Assembly (NCBI GenBank): GCA_965637545.1
Contig: OZ281500.1
Span: 24,180,001-24,244,000 of the forward strand
Direction of reading: 5' to 3'
Source: Phallusia mammillata
Lineage: Eukaryota
Length of the DNA stretch: 64,000 bases
Below the pieces are notes generated by a model, which was not told the origin of the DNA, ran no database searches, and was given only the letters and a program-made list of their open reading frames with translations. Positions within the stretch are counted from its first letter, which is position 1. The number at the start of each line of letters is the position of its first letter. Below are positions 63,287 to 64,000 of this stretch, piece after piece. A program made the position numbers and the translations under genes.

Positions 63287-63944
63287 TTACGGCACTTGCG
63301 TTCCTGCAGTGCTTCTGCTCGCATATGAAGTTTGAATGTTGTCCTTCCTTGGGCAGCAGATTGGAATTGCCAACATCTCATTGGCTGTCTTCACAAAAGC
63401 TTTGTTGCGAAAACTGTAGACTATTATGTTCACCAAGCTGAAAAAGAAACAAAGTTCTGAAATTAATGCTAAATTGCGGTGTAACTTTTCACTTAGATCA
63501 GCGGTTCGCAACCTTTCTTGTGCAGTGACCCCTTGATAACATTTGCCATGTTGCGCTGACCCCAAGGATATATAAGGCTCTATATTAACATTGACTGTAC
63601 TTTTTTCTCAACAATAAATTAGTTCACGAGTTTATTTTAGTGGGGCTAGTGGTCCACGGCCTAAAACAAGTTGGCCCCAGGCAAATTGTCAGGCGACCCA
63701 AGTTGGGAACCGCTGACTTAGATCGTAAAAGCGGGTTTTAGAACCAGCTTCATGCAGTCGCTTGAATCGCTGCGCACTTTCCTTCTCTGATATATTCACT
63801 CTGCCGCATCTTGTTATGCAATGAGCGTAGCGTATTTTTACCTGTTCGACATGCTGAGGTAGAAACACACCAGAAAGGGGAGTGAGGCCGTGTCGCATGT
63901 GAGGGAATAACCGTAAAACAGAGCGTTGATGACAACGAGTGGAA
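63287..63944 (-). CDS. Class A GPCR R9, last two exons (rest beyond window end)
   Basis: Exons 63944-63842 and 63437-63287, close paralogues of R8 exons 5-6. Confidence 0.8.
63499..63715. mobile_element. hAT-type MITE in R9 intron 5
   Basis: TIRs CAGCGGTTCGCAAC / GTTGGGAACCGCTG; perfect 8-bp TSD ACTTAGAT (63491-63498, 63716-63723). Confidence 0.8.
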
Positions 63945-64000
63945 CTGAAAAAAATATTAAGATATAATCAGAAGAAGCAGTCCCATTCATTGACATACAT

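Noticed and set aside
8931-63944. Assigning the receptors to olfactory, opsin, cannabinoid/S1P or adhesion classes
   Set aside because: Diagnostic motifs are absent (no MAYDRY, no retinal Lys in TM7, no GAIN/GPS); lack of C3.25 alone does not justify a lipid-receptor call.

Overview
AT-rich, intron-containing animal genomic DNA; the short GT-AG introns and gene style are compatible with a tunicate or similar invertebrate, but taxon is inference only. Minus strand 260-4889 holds the first nine exons of an SLC5A8/SMCT-like sodium:solute symporter that runs off the left edge. From 8.9 kb to the right edge is a tandem minus-strand array of atypical 6-exon class A (rhodopsin-like) GPCRs. I reconstructed nine receptor bodies by hand (exons 2-6, called R1-R9, R9 partial) and 14 first exons (V1-V14) serving the 8 bodies whose 5' end lies in the window. 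Each first exon encodes a hypervariable N-glycosylated N-terminus, a conserved Cys module and TM1 to mid-TM2. The surplus first exons are stacked upstream of a single body (3 for R1, 3 for R3, 2 for R4). They stay open and end in a phase-1 GT donor, suggesting a protocadherin/UGT1A-like variable-first-exon/constant-body receptor system that is reshuffled by recombination in the conserved block. The window also has a young inverted Penelope-like retroelement (GIY-YIG, TSD) with hammerhead-ribozyme motifs, short hammerhead-bearing relatives, hAT-type MITEs, tRNA-related dispersed repeats and one 200-N gap whose flanks overlap.
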